From the NCBI GenBank assembly GCA_002269645.1, contig NIVC01002313.1, positions 62,001 through 126,000 of the forward strand: DNA of 64,000 bases, given 5' to 3'. Shown piece after piece: positions 22,218 through 35,409 of the stretch. Source of the stretch: Macrostomum lignano. Taxonomy: Eukaryota. Below the pieces are notes generated by a model that worked only from the letters and a program-made list of their open reading frames with translations, had not been told where the DNA came from and made no database searches. The number at the start of each line of letters is the position of its first letter. Position 1 is the first letter of the stretch. Position numbers and translations under genes: made by a program.

Positions 22218-22829
22218 AAGCTGGGACGCTCGAACCAGAGGGCATCAGGAAGTGGGTTGAGCTGAGTCGAAAATACAGTACTTATAAGGGCGAGAGTGTT
22301 CCTCATTGGTTGGGACGGACAGAAAACCAGCTGATGCCACTACGGGCATCCCTTAGGAAAAAAGCTTGACAATGTGAAAATGCAATGCAACAAAGCTTCT
22401 TGGCTTCTTCAGAGCATGAAGACAATGGCCCGGAGCAGAATTCAACATCCACTGTTGGTAACAGACTAGCCTCTTGTACTGGCGTATTTTCTCTGGGGTG
22501 AAACTGCTTCAATTGTAGCTTTGACCCGGTTGAAAAAGTTTTCATAAAAAGCAAGGATTATCGGAGCTTTTCCCGCTGAAATAGTCGCTTGTTGCATCTC
22601 TACAGCTATACGACAGTTGTAACGATCGAAAAGTCGCTACCAAAATCGCAACTAAAACTGTTAATCCCTTGCAGATAAACCTAATGCAGCACCTTAGGCT
22701 AACAGAAATTAACAACGGGTGTGGCGAAAAGATAATCAGTTTGATACTTAATCAGCCAGCCGGTTACTGCCGCTCACTGGTTTATTGAAATCAAATTTCC
22801 ACCGATAGTACATTCAGATGGCCTAAATT

Positions 22830-22860
22830 GACAGACAGACACTCAGACAGACACTAAGAA

Positions 22861-22897
<37 letters not shown>

Positions 22898-22900
22898 GTC

Positions 22901-22951
<51 letters not shown>

Positions 22952-22960
22952 TAGACAGAC

Positions 22961-23015
<55 letters not shown>

Positions 23016-23249
23016 TGGACACGCAGACAGACAGACAGACAGACAGACAGATGGACAGACAGACAGACAGACAGATGGACAGACAGACAGACAGACAGAC
23101 AGTCAGACAGACAGACAGACAGACAGACAGTCAGACAGACAGACAGATGGACACGCAGACAGACAGACAGACAGACAGACAGATGGACAGACAGACAGAC
23201 AGACAGATGGACAGACAGACAGACAGACAGACAGTCAGACAGACAGTTA

Positions 23250-23298
<49 letters not shown>

Positions 23299-23315
23299 TG
23301 GACACGCAGACAGAC
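22830..23315. repeat. (GACA)n microsatellite with variant units
   Basis: Seen directly. Confidence 0.97.
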
Positions 23316-23510
23316 AGATTTACAGAGTAAAGCAGTGAAATTATACACTTTACAAAGTAAAAAACTAGTGACACTACAGACTATACAGATAGGCAACCAT
23401 TACCGGTAGGGACTTTAGAAATAGTTTTATCAACTCTCAAAATACAGTAACAATCCAGCATTAAAAATTAGTAATTTCAAATTCTACACGCTTGCATCGG
23501 CACAAGGTCA

Positions 23511-26500
23511 CTAAAGGTCAACAGCGCACTCGTCTAGCGGAGAGACGCCAGCGTCGGCACCCGCGGGAGCCTCGGCCAGCCACTTGGACTCGCAGTGGCG
23601 CAGAAGGCTGTCGCTTATGCGCCACAGCCTGTCGGCCAGCTGAGGGTCGCGGCCAAGATCGCTGGTCTCGCAGGGCGTGCAGTTGTTGAAGTAGCCGCCG
23701 CCGTATTGCTCGATGGTGGGGTCGAAGGCGGCAAGCACTGAGGTGGCCGCGCCCTGCTCCTGTGGGATTGAGCCCGATTCTCAGGGTAGATTGGGGCCGA
23801 TTCTCAGGGTAGATTGGGGCCGATTCTCAGGGTAGATTGGGGCCGATTCTCAGGGTAGATTGGGGCCGATTCTCAGGGTAGATTGGGGCCGATTCTCAGG
23901 GTAGATTGGGGCCGATTCTCAGGGTAGAAAAGATTGGACCCGATTGTCAGGGTAGATTAGGGCCTATTCTCAGGTTAGATTGGACCTGATTCTCAGGGTA
24001 GAATGGGTCCCGATTCTCTGGGTAGATTGGGGCCGATTCTCAGGGTAGATTGGGGCCGATTCTCAGGGTAGATTGGGGCCGATTCTCAGGGTAGATTGGG
24101 GCCGATTCTCAGGGTAGAAAAGATTGGACCCGATTGTCAGGGTAGATTAGGGCCTATTCTCAGGTTAGATTGGACCTGATTCTCAGGGTAGATTGGACCC
24201 GATTCTCTGGGTAGATTGGGGCCGATTCTCTGGGTAGATTGGGGCCGATTCTCAGGGTAGATTGGGGCCTATTCTCAGGTTAGATTGGACCTGATTCTCA
24301 GGGTAGATTGGACCCGATTCGCTGGGTAGATTGGGGCCGATTCTCTGGGTAGATTGGGGCCGATTCTCAGGGTGGATTGGGGCCGATTCTCAGGGTGGAT
24401 TGGGGCCGATTCTCAGGGTGGATTGGGGCCGATTCTCAGGGTAGATTGGGGCCGATTCTCAGGGTGGATTGGGGCCGATTCTCAGGGTAGATTGGGGCCG
24501 ATTCTCAGGGTAGATTGGGGCCGTTGGACTCGATTCTCAGGGTAGATTGGGGCCGATTCTCAGGGTAGATTGAGCCCGATTCTCAGGGTGGATTGGGGCC
24601 GATTCTCAGGGTAGATAAATGATCGATTCTTGAGGTAGATTAGATTAGCATTATTATTACAACATACCACAGTCTTTGTAAACGGCCTAGCCAAAACAAA
24701 GACCAGCCGACTGAGCCACCACTGTCGCTGAATGCCGGTGAACACCATGTTGCCAGGGTGCACAGAGAAAGCCCGAATACCGCGAGATGCAAAATGTTTA
24801 TCAACAAATCTAGCGGTGAGCACATTGCAGAGTTTGGAGTCGCCGTACTGGGGAAGGCCGGCGGCGCCCCGGTACAGCCTCGGATTGGTCTGGTTCAGGT
24901 GGGCCTCGTCAAACGTCTCCCTCGTAATTGAAGTGGATCGGTGACTCTCCGAGCTGACTAGCACTACTCGAGCAGGAGCAGAGGCGAGCAGAGTGGGTAG
25001 CAACAGGCGCATGAGGTACAGCTGGGACAGGTGGTTCACCTGGATTGCGATTGGCGGTTTGGCGATTCTTAGCCATTTATATTTGGTTTATGGGGCTATC
25101 CTTAGTGTGTTTATGGGGCTATCCGTGGTGTGTCTATGGGGCTATCCATAGTGTGTTTATGAGGCTATCCATGGTGTGTTTATGGGGCTATCCATAGTGT
25201 GTTTATGAGGCTATCCATAGTGTGTTTATGGGGCTATCCATAGTGTGTTTATGAGGCTATCCATGGTGTGTTTATGGGGCTATCCATAGTGTGTTCATGA
25301 GGCTATCCATAGTGTGTTTATGGGGCTATCCATTGTGTGTTTATGAGGCTATCCATAGTGTGTTTATGAAACTATACATAGTGTGTTTATGGGGCTATCC
25401 ATGGTGTGTTTATGGGGCTATCCATAGTGTGTTTATGAGGCTATTCATTGTGTGTTTATGAGGCTATCCATAGTGTGTTTATAGGGCTATCCATTGTGTG
25501 TTTATGGGGCTATCCATTGTGTGTTTATGGGGCTATCCATTGTGTGTTTATCGGGTTATCCATTGTGTGTTTATGGGGCTAAACTTAGTGTGTTTATGAG
25601 GCTATCTTTAGTGTTTTATGGGGCTACCCTTAGTGTGTTTATGAGGCCATCTTAAGTGTGCTTATGTGTGATTGCACCACAAGTGTGGTCATGGGGCTGT
25701 ATTTCACTTATTTTCCGTCCGGAACGATATTAGCTTTTATTGTTTCAATTGTCAATAGATATTTTGAGAACTAAAAGAGATTTCAATTACATTTGAAGCA
25801 AAGTTAGGCCTTGAAAATTCACCACAATAGATCAATTTAAATTCCTCAGAATACTTAACTTGAGAAGTATTTGTACGAGTACTTTGTACGAGTGCAAGTT
25901 CAGGTGCTCAGTTAAATGGTAACTTTAAATGGTAACCATCTTTTTACTCGTAATTGCCTGCGAACATTTACATCTGTCGTACATCTGCTACGGCTAATAA
26001 ACCATTAAAATAAAAAAAACCGACAAAAAGGAAATGCTGGAATTTCAGGCGCAGAATTTTGTCATTGTCAGGCATATATATATACCCTCAGTTGGCTTTG
26101 AGGGTCGGTTTGTGGCATGTGTTCTTTAGCACCAAGGGGCTTTAGCACCAAGGGGCTTTAGCACCAAGGGGCTTTAGCACCAAGGGGCTTTAGCACCAAG
26201 GGGCTTTAGCACCAAGGGGCTTTAGCACCAAGGGGCTTTAGCACCAAGGGGCTTTAGCACCAAGGGGCTTTAGCACCAAGGGGCTTTAGCACCAAGGGGC
26301 TTTAGCACCAAGGGGCTTTAGCACCAAGGGGCTTTAGCACCAAGGGGCTTTAGCACCAAGGGGCTTTAGCACCAAGGGGCTTTAGCACCAAGGGGCTTTA
26401 GCACCAAGGGGCTTTAGCACCAAGGGGCTTTAGCACCAAGGGGCGCCAGCACTTCCGCCCACAATCGCAGACGCCGATATTTTTCTCTCTACAAGTCATC

Positions 26501-29500
26501 TGCAATTATTTTCTACTTCAAATGTCAGGAATTCGCACTACGACTCAAGTTTTTAGCGCTAGGCAGTTTTTTTTACTCAAAACACAATGGCCAAAACAGG
26601 AAGTGTTTTTAGCTTCTCTTTCTCAGCACTAAAAACTGATGCCTTGTTGCACCCACTGAACTTCCGAATTATCCGATTCAGGTTTTTATTCAGATAATTT
26701 TTATAATAAACACACTGAACATGCGATAAGCTCTCAGCTCAACGTCAAAGTCTTCAATTTTCATGACAAATAATTAATTCCAAATGACCGTGTCACTGTT
26801 GCCAAAGTCGAATGCAAGCACACACTAAATAATTGTCATTGAATTTACGGTGCAACCATGCAGACTGGATTAATTATGAATTATCTTAAAGTACATGCCT
26901 GCTTCTAGTTGAGTACTACCCAAAAAGCTTCCAATACTACTCAATTGTACCGCTGGACGAGGAGACGTTTCAAAAAAATTCAGGTTGAAATTTTAACGTC
27001 GCTATCATACCGAGTATGTATTGGTTCTGAAACAAGCACTTAGGCCTTCTAGCCCTTTTTTCATACCATGCAGATTAAGTCGTTTAGGCTTCAACTAGGA
27101 GCCATGAACTTTTACTGAGCCACCAGCAATGTCTGCATGAAACTGCGTGACCATTGTTCAAAATGTCTATGGTAATTTACGTTAAGGCAATGATATTCCA
27201 GCAATGACCAGTCATTGTTTGAAATTGACAATAAAGCAATTTACCGGGATATCATTTTAGAAAAAGAACGAGTCTATGAGCGTAAAATAAAATAGTCTAT
27301 GGTTGTAAGTGGGACTTCGCCCCCACACCCCCATTCCCCCTTCCCAACTCGGATCCTGATGGACAAATTGACCAATGAAGTTAGCTGGAAGTGAATTCAT
27401 GGTAATGGCCATAGACACTATCGCCGCTCGTGTCTATGGCCATGACCATGAATTCTCACTTCCAGAAAACCCCCATTTATTTTAGCAACCGAGTGGTAGA
27501 TGTCTATGGCCAAAACTCTTCTAGCTCAGACTTAAATCTGACTCACCTGAAACTGCAGTTCAATTCCATCCTCAGTGATGGTGTGAGCCGGGCCGCACAC
27601 GCCTGCATTGAGTATGAGGGCATGCAGAGGATAGCCAGAAGCCATGTACCGCCGGCAGAAGCTCAGCACGGAGCGAAGCGAGGCCAGCTCAACCTGCCAG
27701 ACTTCTACGCTGGCTGAGGGCAGCTCGGTGCGAATTTTGTTTGCCTAAAAAGTTTTAAAAACATTTTTTGAAGCTTGTAGAAAATAGACACTATTCCGAT
27801 TCCCATAGACATTATCCCAATTCTCATAGACACGATCCTAATTCCCATAGACATTATCCCAATTTCCATAGACATTACCCCAATTCCCATAGACACGATC
27901 CTAATTACGATAGACATTATCCCAATTCCTTTACTTGTAGACATTATCCCAATTCCCATAGACATTACCCTAATTCCCATAGACATTATCCCAATTCTCA
28001 TAGACACGATCCTAATTACCATAGACATTATCCCAATTCCCATAGACATTACCTTAATTCCCATAGACACGATCCTAATTACGATAGACATTATCTCAAT
28101 TCCTTTAGACATTATCCCAATTCCCATAGACATTACCCTAATTCCCATAGACATTACCCCAATTCCCATAGACACGATCCTAATTCCCATAGACACAATC
28201 CCAATTCCTTTAGACATTACTCCAACTCCAATTCCCATAGACATTATCCCAATTCCCATAGACACGATCCTAATTACTATAGACATTATCCCAATTCCCA
28301 TTCACTGAAAAGTCCTATATGCTAATCCCTATTCAAATATTGAATAGCAACAAGTAAAACCAATGTTACATAATATATTCTAGTCACCCAGTTGAAATCC
28401 CATGACAAGAGGAGAATGCCAGCATTGTGTGCAATTTTTATTTCAGACTCACAAAATTGCAATGATGATGAAGCGTGGAAGATAGAAAAGGAGAGAAAAA
28501 GCAAATGGAATGCTAAAGACAAAACAGAAAATAACCGGGAAATTGACAGGAATCGAGAGGAGAGGGAGAAGGGAAGGGAGCCTGCGGTCTCAGCAGCAAC
28601 TCACAGCCGCGGTTCCCAACTGCGGGCAGCGGCAGGCCAAGATAACTTTAGCGCCGCGCATTGCAATGGCTCTGGCGGTCTCAAAACCAATACCGGAGCT
28701 GGCTCCAGTAACCATAGCAACCCGACCAGTCAGGTCGTGATTAGCCAGCACCTGCAGAGCGGTGGAGTGACTGTCAAACTGCTGGCGCCAGGTGGTGCGG
28801 GAGTGCTCGGCCTTGCTGAATGCCAGCCTGGGATCAGTGTGCGACTGCAGGCCGCGAACTCGACTGCAGAAATTGGGGCGAATACACTATTGTATTAAAT
28901 TAGATCCTAAAGGAATAGAGCCGACGCTAATTAAACAGATTATTAAGAAATCCTAAAGAGCAATGAGAATTAAGAGCTACAGAGATTTGAAAGTACGAGA
29001 GTTAAGAGAAACAGAAAGTAAGTAAAGTAAATAAAGTAAAACAGGGAATTAAGATCAACAATGCATCATAAAGGACTGGGGAATTAAGGTTAAAATTCCA
29101 TTCTAAAATACCAGAGAATTGAGATTAAAATTCCCTCCTAAAAGACTGGGGAATTAAGATCAACATTCCCTCCTAAATGACCGGGGAATTGAGATTAAAA
29201 TTCCCTCCTAAAAGACTGGGGAATTAAGATCAACATTCCCTCCTAAATGACCGGGGAATTGAGATTAAAATTCCCTCCTAAAAGACTGGGGAATTAAGAT
29301 CAACAATTCATCCTAAATGACCGGGGAATTAAGATCAACATTTCCTCCTAAATGACCGGGGAATCAAGATCAACATTCCCTCCTAAATGACCGGGGAATT
29401 AAGATCAACATTCCCTCCTAAATGACCGGGGCATTAAGATCAACATTCCCTCCCAAATGACCGGGGCATTAAGATCAACATTCCCTCCCAAATGACCGGG

Positions 29501-32500
29501 GCATTAAGATCAACATTCCCTCCCAAATGACCGGGGCATTAAGATCAACATTCCCTCCCAAATGACCGGGGCATTAAGATCAACATTCCCTCCCAAATGA
29601 CCGGGGCATTAAGATCAACATTCCCTCCCAAATGACCGGGGAATTAAGATCAACAATTCATCCTAAATGACCGGGGAATTAAGATCAACATTTCCTCCTA
29701 AATGACCGGGGAATCAAGATCAACATTCCCTCCCAAATGACCGGGGCATTAAGATCAACATTCCCTCCCAAATGACCGGGGCATTAAGATCAACATTCCC
29801 TCCCAAATGACCGGGGCATTAAGATCAACATTCCCTCCCAAATGACCGGGGCATTAAGATCAACATTTCCTCCCAAATGACCGGGGAATTAAGATCAACA
29901 TTTCCTCCTAAATGACCGGGGAATTAAGATCAACAATTCATCCTAAAGGACTGGGGAATTAAGGTTAAAATTCCATTCTAAAATACCGGAGAATTGAGAC
30001 TAAAATTCCCTCCTAAAAGACTGGAGAACTAAGATCAGTATTCCCTCATAAATGATCAAGGAATTAAGATCAACATTCCCTCCTAAATGACCGGGGAATT
30101 AGGATCATCACTCCACCGGGGAATTAAGATCAACATTTCCTCCTAAATGACCGGGGAATTAGGATCATCACTCCACCGGGGAATTAAGATCAACATCCCT
30201 CTTAAAAGACCGGGGAATCAGGATCAAAAACTCTGATCCTAAAAAACCTCAGAACAACATTTTTGTGAAGAGGCTCTACCATTAAAATAAGCAGCCAGAG
30301 CAGCTACTATTAGTAATAGCTAACTAATCACACATGGAACCGCTTACTTAACAATCAGGCGAATTGGCCGCACAATCAGCATTCTGTAGGCGAACAGGAC
30401 AAGTCCAATAGTCGAATCAATGATTGCAGAGGCTGACATTTTGTTTTAAGATTAGAATTGGCCCAGATTTAGTCTAAAATCTTCAATTTGTAATAATTGA
30501 TAATTAGATATTTATATAATATTTCAAACAGTAGATTCATCTGATTTATAAGCTACTGAATTGCTGCTTTTTTCTGTCCGAGAGAGGTCCTGGACTCGAT
30601 TTCTTATTAAGTTATCAATGTTCTAATGTTGAAGGCAATTCCGAGACAAGATACAATAGGTTTTCAGAGAGTGATTTTTAGAAAACGGGTAGATCTCTAA
30701 GGGCGATTTTCCGAAAACGGGTAGATCTCTAAGGGCTATTTTTAGAAAACGGGTAGATCTCTAAGGGCGATTTTCCGAAAACGGGTAGATCTCTAAGGGC
30801 TATTTTTAGAAAACGGGTAGATCTCTAAGGGCGATTTTCCGAAAACGGGTAGATCTCTAAGGGCGATTTTCCGAAAACGGGTAGATCTCTAAGGGCGATT
30901 TTCCGAAAACGGGTAGATCTCTAAGGGCTATTTTCCGAAAACGGGTAGATCTCTAAGGGCTATTTTCCGAAAACGGGTAGATCTCTAAGGGCTATTTTCC
31001 GAAAACGGGTAGATCTCTAAGGGCTATTTTCCGAAAACGGGTAGATCTCTAAGGGCTATTTTCCGAAAACGGGTAGATCTCTAAGGGCTATTTTCCGAAA
31101 ACGGGTAGATCTCTAAGGGCGATTTTCCGAAAACGGGTAGATCTCTAAGGGCTATTTTTAGAAAACGGGTAGATCTCTAAGGGCGATTTTCCAAAAACGG
31201 GTAGATCTCTAAGGGCTATTTTTAGAAAACGGGGAGATCTCTAAAGACGATTATCCGAAAACGGGTAGATCTCTAAGGGCGATTTTCCGAAAACGGGTAG
31301 ATCTCTAAGGGCTATTTTCCGAAAACGGGTAGATCTCTAAGGGCTATTTTCCGAAAACGGGTAGATCTCTAAGGGCGATTTTCCGAAAACGGGTAGATCT
31401 CTAAGGGCGATTTTCCAAAAACGGGTAGATCTCTAAGGGCTATTTTCCGAAAACGGGTAGATCTCTAAGGGCTATTTTCCGAAAACGGGTAGATCTCTAA
31501 GGGCTATTTTCCGAAAACGGGTAGATCTCTAAGGGCTATTTTCCGAAAACGGGTAGATCTCTAAGGGCTATTTTCCGAAAATGGGCAGATCTCTAAGGGC
31601 TATTTTCCGAAAACGGGTAGATCTCTAAGGGCTATTTTCCGAAAACGGGTAGATCTCTAAGGGCGATTTTCCGAAAACGGGTAGATCTCTAAGGGCTATT
31701 TTTAGAAAACGGGTAGATCTCTAAGGGTGATTTTCCGAAAACGGGTAGATCTCTAAGGGCTATTTTTAGAAAACGGGGAGATCTCTAAAGACGATTATCC
31801 GAAAACGGGTAATTCTCTAAGGGCTATTTTCTGAAAACGGGTAGATCTCTAAGGGTGATTTTCCGAAAACGGGTAGATCTCTTAGGGCGATTTTCCGAAA
31901 ACGGGTAGATCTCTAAGGGCGATTTTCCGACAACGGGTAGATCTCTTAGGGCGATTTTCCGAAAACGGGTAGATCTCTAAGGGCGATTTTCCGACAACGG
32001 GTAGATCTCTTAGGGCGATTTTCCGAAAACGGGTAGATCTCTAAGGGCGATTTTCCGAAAACGGGTAGATCTCTTAGGGCGATTTTCCGAAAACGGGTAG
32101 ATCTCTAAGGGCGATTTTCCGAAAACGGGTAGATCTCTTAGGGCGATTTTCCGAAAACGGGTAGATCTCTAAGGGCGATTTTCCGACAACGGGTAGATCT
32201 CTTAGGGCGATTTTCCGAAAACGGGTAGATCTCTAAGGGCGATTTTCCGACAACGGGTAGATCTCTTAGGGCGATTTTCCGAAAACGGGTAGATCTCTAA
32301 GGGCGATTTTCCGAAAACGGGTAGATCTCTTAGGGCGATTTTCCGAAAACGGGTAGATCTCTAAGGGCGATTTTCCGAAAACGGGTAGATCTCTAAAGAC
32401 GATTTTCCGAAAACGGGTAGATCTCTATGGGCGATTTTCCGAAAACGGGTAGATCTCTTAGGGCGATTTTCTGAAAACGGGTAGATCTCTAAGGGCGATT

Positions 32501-34305
32501 TTCTGAAAACGGGTAGATCTCTTAGGGCGATTTTCCGAAAACGGGTAGATCTCTAAGGGCGATTTTCCGAAAACGGGTAGATCTCTAAAGACGATTTTCC
32601 GAAAACAGGTAGATCTCTAAGGGCGATTTTCCGAAATTGGGTAGATCTCTAAGGGCGATTTTCTGAAAACGGGTAGATCTCTAAGGGTGATTTTCCGAAA
32701 ACGGGTAGATCTCTAAGGGCGATTTTCTGAAAACGGGTAGATCTCTTAGGGCGATTTTCCGAAAACGGGTAGATCTCTTAGGGCGATTTTCCGAAAACGG
32801 GTAGATCTGTAAGGGCGATTTTCCGACAACGGGTAGATCTCTTAGGGCGATTTTCCGAAAACGGGTAGATCTCTAAGGGCGATTTTCCGAAAACGGGTAG
32901 ATCTCTTAGGGCGATTTTCCGAAAACGGGTAGATCTCTAAGGGTGATTTTCCGAAAACGGGTAGATCTCTTAGGGCGATTTTCCGAAAACGGGTAGATCT
33001 CTAAGGGCGATTTTCCGACAACGGGTAGATCTCTTAGGGCGATTTTCCGAAAACGGGTAGATCTCTAAGGGCGATTTTCCGAAAACGGGTAGATCTCTTA
33101 GGGCGATTTTCCGAAAACGGGTAGATCTCTAAGGGCGATTTTCCGAAAACGGGTAGATCTCTAAGGGCGATTTTCTGAAAACGGGTAGATCTCTAAGGGC
33201 GATTTTCTGAAAACGGGTAGATCTCTCAGGGCGATTTTCCGAAAACGGGCAGATCTGCAGGACAAATTTACGAAAAAGGGTAGATGATACGATCTTTAAG
33301 AACGATTTTCCTAAAACAGGTAAGTGTCTAGGGGAGGGGGATTCTCCTAAAACCAATCAGTCAGATCTCCAAAAGCAATATATGCTGTTTTAATTAAAAT
33401 TTACTTTGCTGTAAATGCAACAAAAAACAAACAGATATATGGAAAGACTCACTCAAAGAAAAGTAGGTTGCCGTTGTCAGTGGCTGTCATCTCCCAGCCA
33501 GGTGGCAGGTCGGGCTTAATAAAGCTTCGCTTGCCAGTAATTGGGTGCTCCCAGTGCGAGCTCTTGGCCTGGTGGCTGCATTAAATTCAATTAGATAAGA
33601 TTTATTACTGTGCCAGCTGCTAGTTAATTTAATTGATAAGAAATTTATTATTAGTTGTTGGCACTAAAACTAATGCTGAATAAAATGCATGTGCCACTAC
33701 TATTTAACAGATTTTTAAGTTAAACGAGCGAAATTTTCAGAAATTAAAATATCTGCTGATATGTCAAGGCATTCGGAGGGAATGCTGAGATGTCAAGGCT
33801 TACAGGGGGAATGCTGAGATGTCAAGGCTTACAGGGGGGGGGGAATGCTGAGATGCCAAGGCTTACAGGGGGAATTGCTGAGATGCCGAGGCTTATGGGG
33901 GAACTGCTGAGACATCAAGGCTTATGGGGGAATTGCTGAGATGCCAAGGCTTACTGGGGGAATTGCTGAGATGCCAAGGCTTATGGGGGAATTGCTGAGA
34001 TGTCAAGGCGGGGGAATTGCTGATATGCCAAGGCTTATGGGGAAATTGCTGATATGCCAAGGCTTAGTGGGGGAATTGCTGAGATGTCAAGTCTTACTGG
34101 AGGGAATCGCTGATATATCAAGGCAGACTTTTATTATAAAAATGCTACACTGCAATACATAATTATAACGTGCTAAAACTTACTTCAAATAATAAACTTG
34201 TCCATCAAGCGAGGCTCGAACCTCCCAACCAGCAGGCAGTTCCTCCTCAGAGTCAGTATCATCAGCAGTAGCTCCTAGTCCAATGCCCAGTTTTTGGTGG
34301 CTCAT
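23511..34305 (-). CDS. WWOX: WW domain-containing oxidoreductase (two WW domains + SDR), 6 exons
   Basis: Exons (minus): 34305-34184 (MSHQ...[26 protein letters not shown]), 33575-33453 ([10 protein letters not shown]...DLPPGWEM), 28863-28605 (DPRLAF...[14 protein letters not shown]...[12 protein letters not shown]...VILACR), 27744-27547 (LHALILNAG...EDGIELQFQ), 25039-24668 (VNHL...[10 protein letters not shown]...YGDSK...VHPGNM), 23759-23511 (EQGAATS...GGYFNNC). All introns are GT-AG and phase-consistent, and the protein is collinear with known WWOX motifs. Confidence 0.95.
23765..24612. repeat. 23-bp minisatellite (GATTGGGGCCGATTCTCAGGGTA) filling WWOX intron 5
   Basis: Unit spacing of 23. 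Contains an internal higher-order duplication (23927-24110 vs 24118 onward). Confidence 0.96.
25088..25660. repeat. 23-bp minisatellite (TATGGGGCTATCCATAGTGTGTT) in WWOX intron 4
   Basis: Unit spacing of 23. Confidence 0.95.
26125..26443. repeat. Perfect 16-bp minisatellite (GCACCAAGGGGCTTTA) in WWOX intron 4
   Basis: About 20 identical copies. Confidence 0.97.
27785..28302. repeat. 21-bp minisatellite (CCCATAGACATTATCCCAATT) in WWOX intron 3
   Basis: Seen directly. The RHYPNSH and MGIGIMS ORFs are its translations. Confidence 0.95.
29075..30235. repeat. 35-bp minisatellite (GGGG[A/C]ATTAAGATCAACATTCCCTCC[T/C]AAATGACC) in WWOX intron 2
   Basis: Unit spacing of 35 read directly. Confidence 0.95.
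30675..33255. repeat. 32-bp minisatellite (CTCTAAGGGCGATTTTCCGAAAACGGGTAGAT), about 80 copies, in WWOX intron 2
   Basis: Seen directly. Most units contain an AGATCT site. Confidence 0.97.
33760..34115. repeat. About 29-bp degenerate minisatellite (GCTGAGATGCCAAGGCTTATGGGGGAATT) in WWOX intron 1
   Basis: About 12 copies. Confidence 0.88.
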
Positions 34306-34823
34306 ATAGATTTGCAATTATCTTGAATGTATTTATTAGATTATTAGAGATAAAAATCTGAAATAAAGCAAAAAAGCATAATATATTGAACTTTATACCA
34401 ATGTTATTATTTTTAATACTTTCTATTTCAATTTTCTATAATTTTATTGTGTTTTATGTTTTTAAACATTTGGCTAGTGGGTACATAAAATAGTTCTAGT
34501 TTTAATGCCATAATATAATAAAATTTGTCTATGATATAAAGGTTTTTAGGGTGCTGATGAAATGCAAATTAAGGTTTATTTAAATTCTATGTACGTATAG
34601 CTTAAACCCCAGTTAGAGAATAAGCCATATTTAATAACTGGCCAATTGCTACAATTTCAAATAGACCCATTATGCCTAGTGCAGCAAAAAAGAAGGAAAT
34701 GAAATGTGGTATAGCAATTGTTTTCTAAAGAGAAAAGGATATCTACACCTAGTTTAATAGCTTCTTGACAAGTTTAGATAGTTCCCAGTAGATATTTTCA
34801 TTGTAAGAATATGTTAGGTATAG

Positions 34824-35409
34824 CCTAGGACCAGGTTGCGGATAGTATGCATATATGCCGGAACTTTTCTGGCATACAAAATAGCCACCCTAAGTCCTTG
34901 GTATACACAATTGGTGTACACAACCCCTGGTGAACTTTGTTGGTGTACACTATTGGTGTACACAAGTAACACAGCCACGCACACTTTTTTGGCATACAAA
35001 TTTTGGTGAATAAATTCATGCCATGCATGAAAATTGTAATGTAAATTAATGTTTTTACGTAAAGTAATGGAAAATTTGTATTGTCAGTGATAAAATTTTT
35101 GCTTCTTTGAAATTAACAATGAATAAAACTAGTGCAAATTTTTGCTAAGAGTACGAATTTTGCACCATATTTTTGTAGGTATAGTTTAATTTCGTTTAAA
35201 TTGCAAATATTCATAATATTTTAAAAACATTTTTCATACAAAAGCCTTTCTTAGAAAACTCTACTCGTGAAAACCATATTACCTTTTTTAGGAATTTTTG
35301 GCATACATTTTAGCGCAACATTTTTTTAGCATACATTGGCGTACAAAGTCCTTGACACCCAAATTTGGTCCAGCATACACAGATAAATGATCTGCACACT
35401 GGGCCTAGG
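34824..35409. mobile_element. MITE-like element with degenerate terminal inverted repeats
   Basis: The left end CCTAGGACCAGGTTGCGGAT matches the reverse complement of the right end, CCTAGGCCCAGTGTGCAGAT, at 16/20. Subterminal GGCATAC and GGTGTACAC motifs are repeated. No ORF. Confidence 0.45.

Noticed and set aside
27705-28325. RHYPNSH and MGIGIMS repeat ORFs resembling repetitive structural proteins
   Set aside because: The 21-bp array lies in WWOX intron 3; open frames follow from the unit being a multiple of 3.
28707-28720. X-box-like GTAACCATAGCAAC
   Set aside because: It lies inside WWOX coding sequence (RVAMVT), showing that such matches arise by chance.
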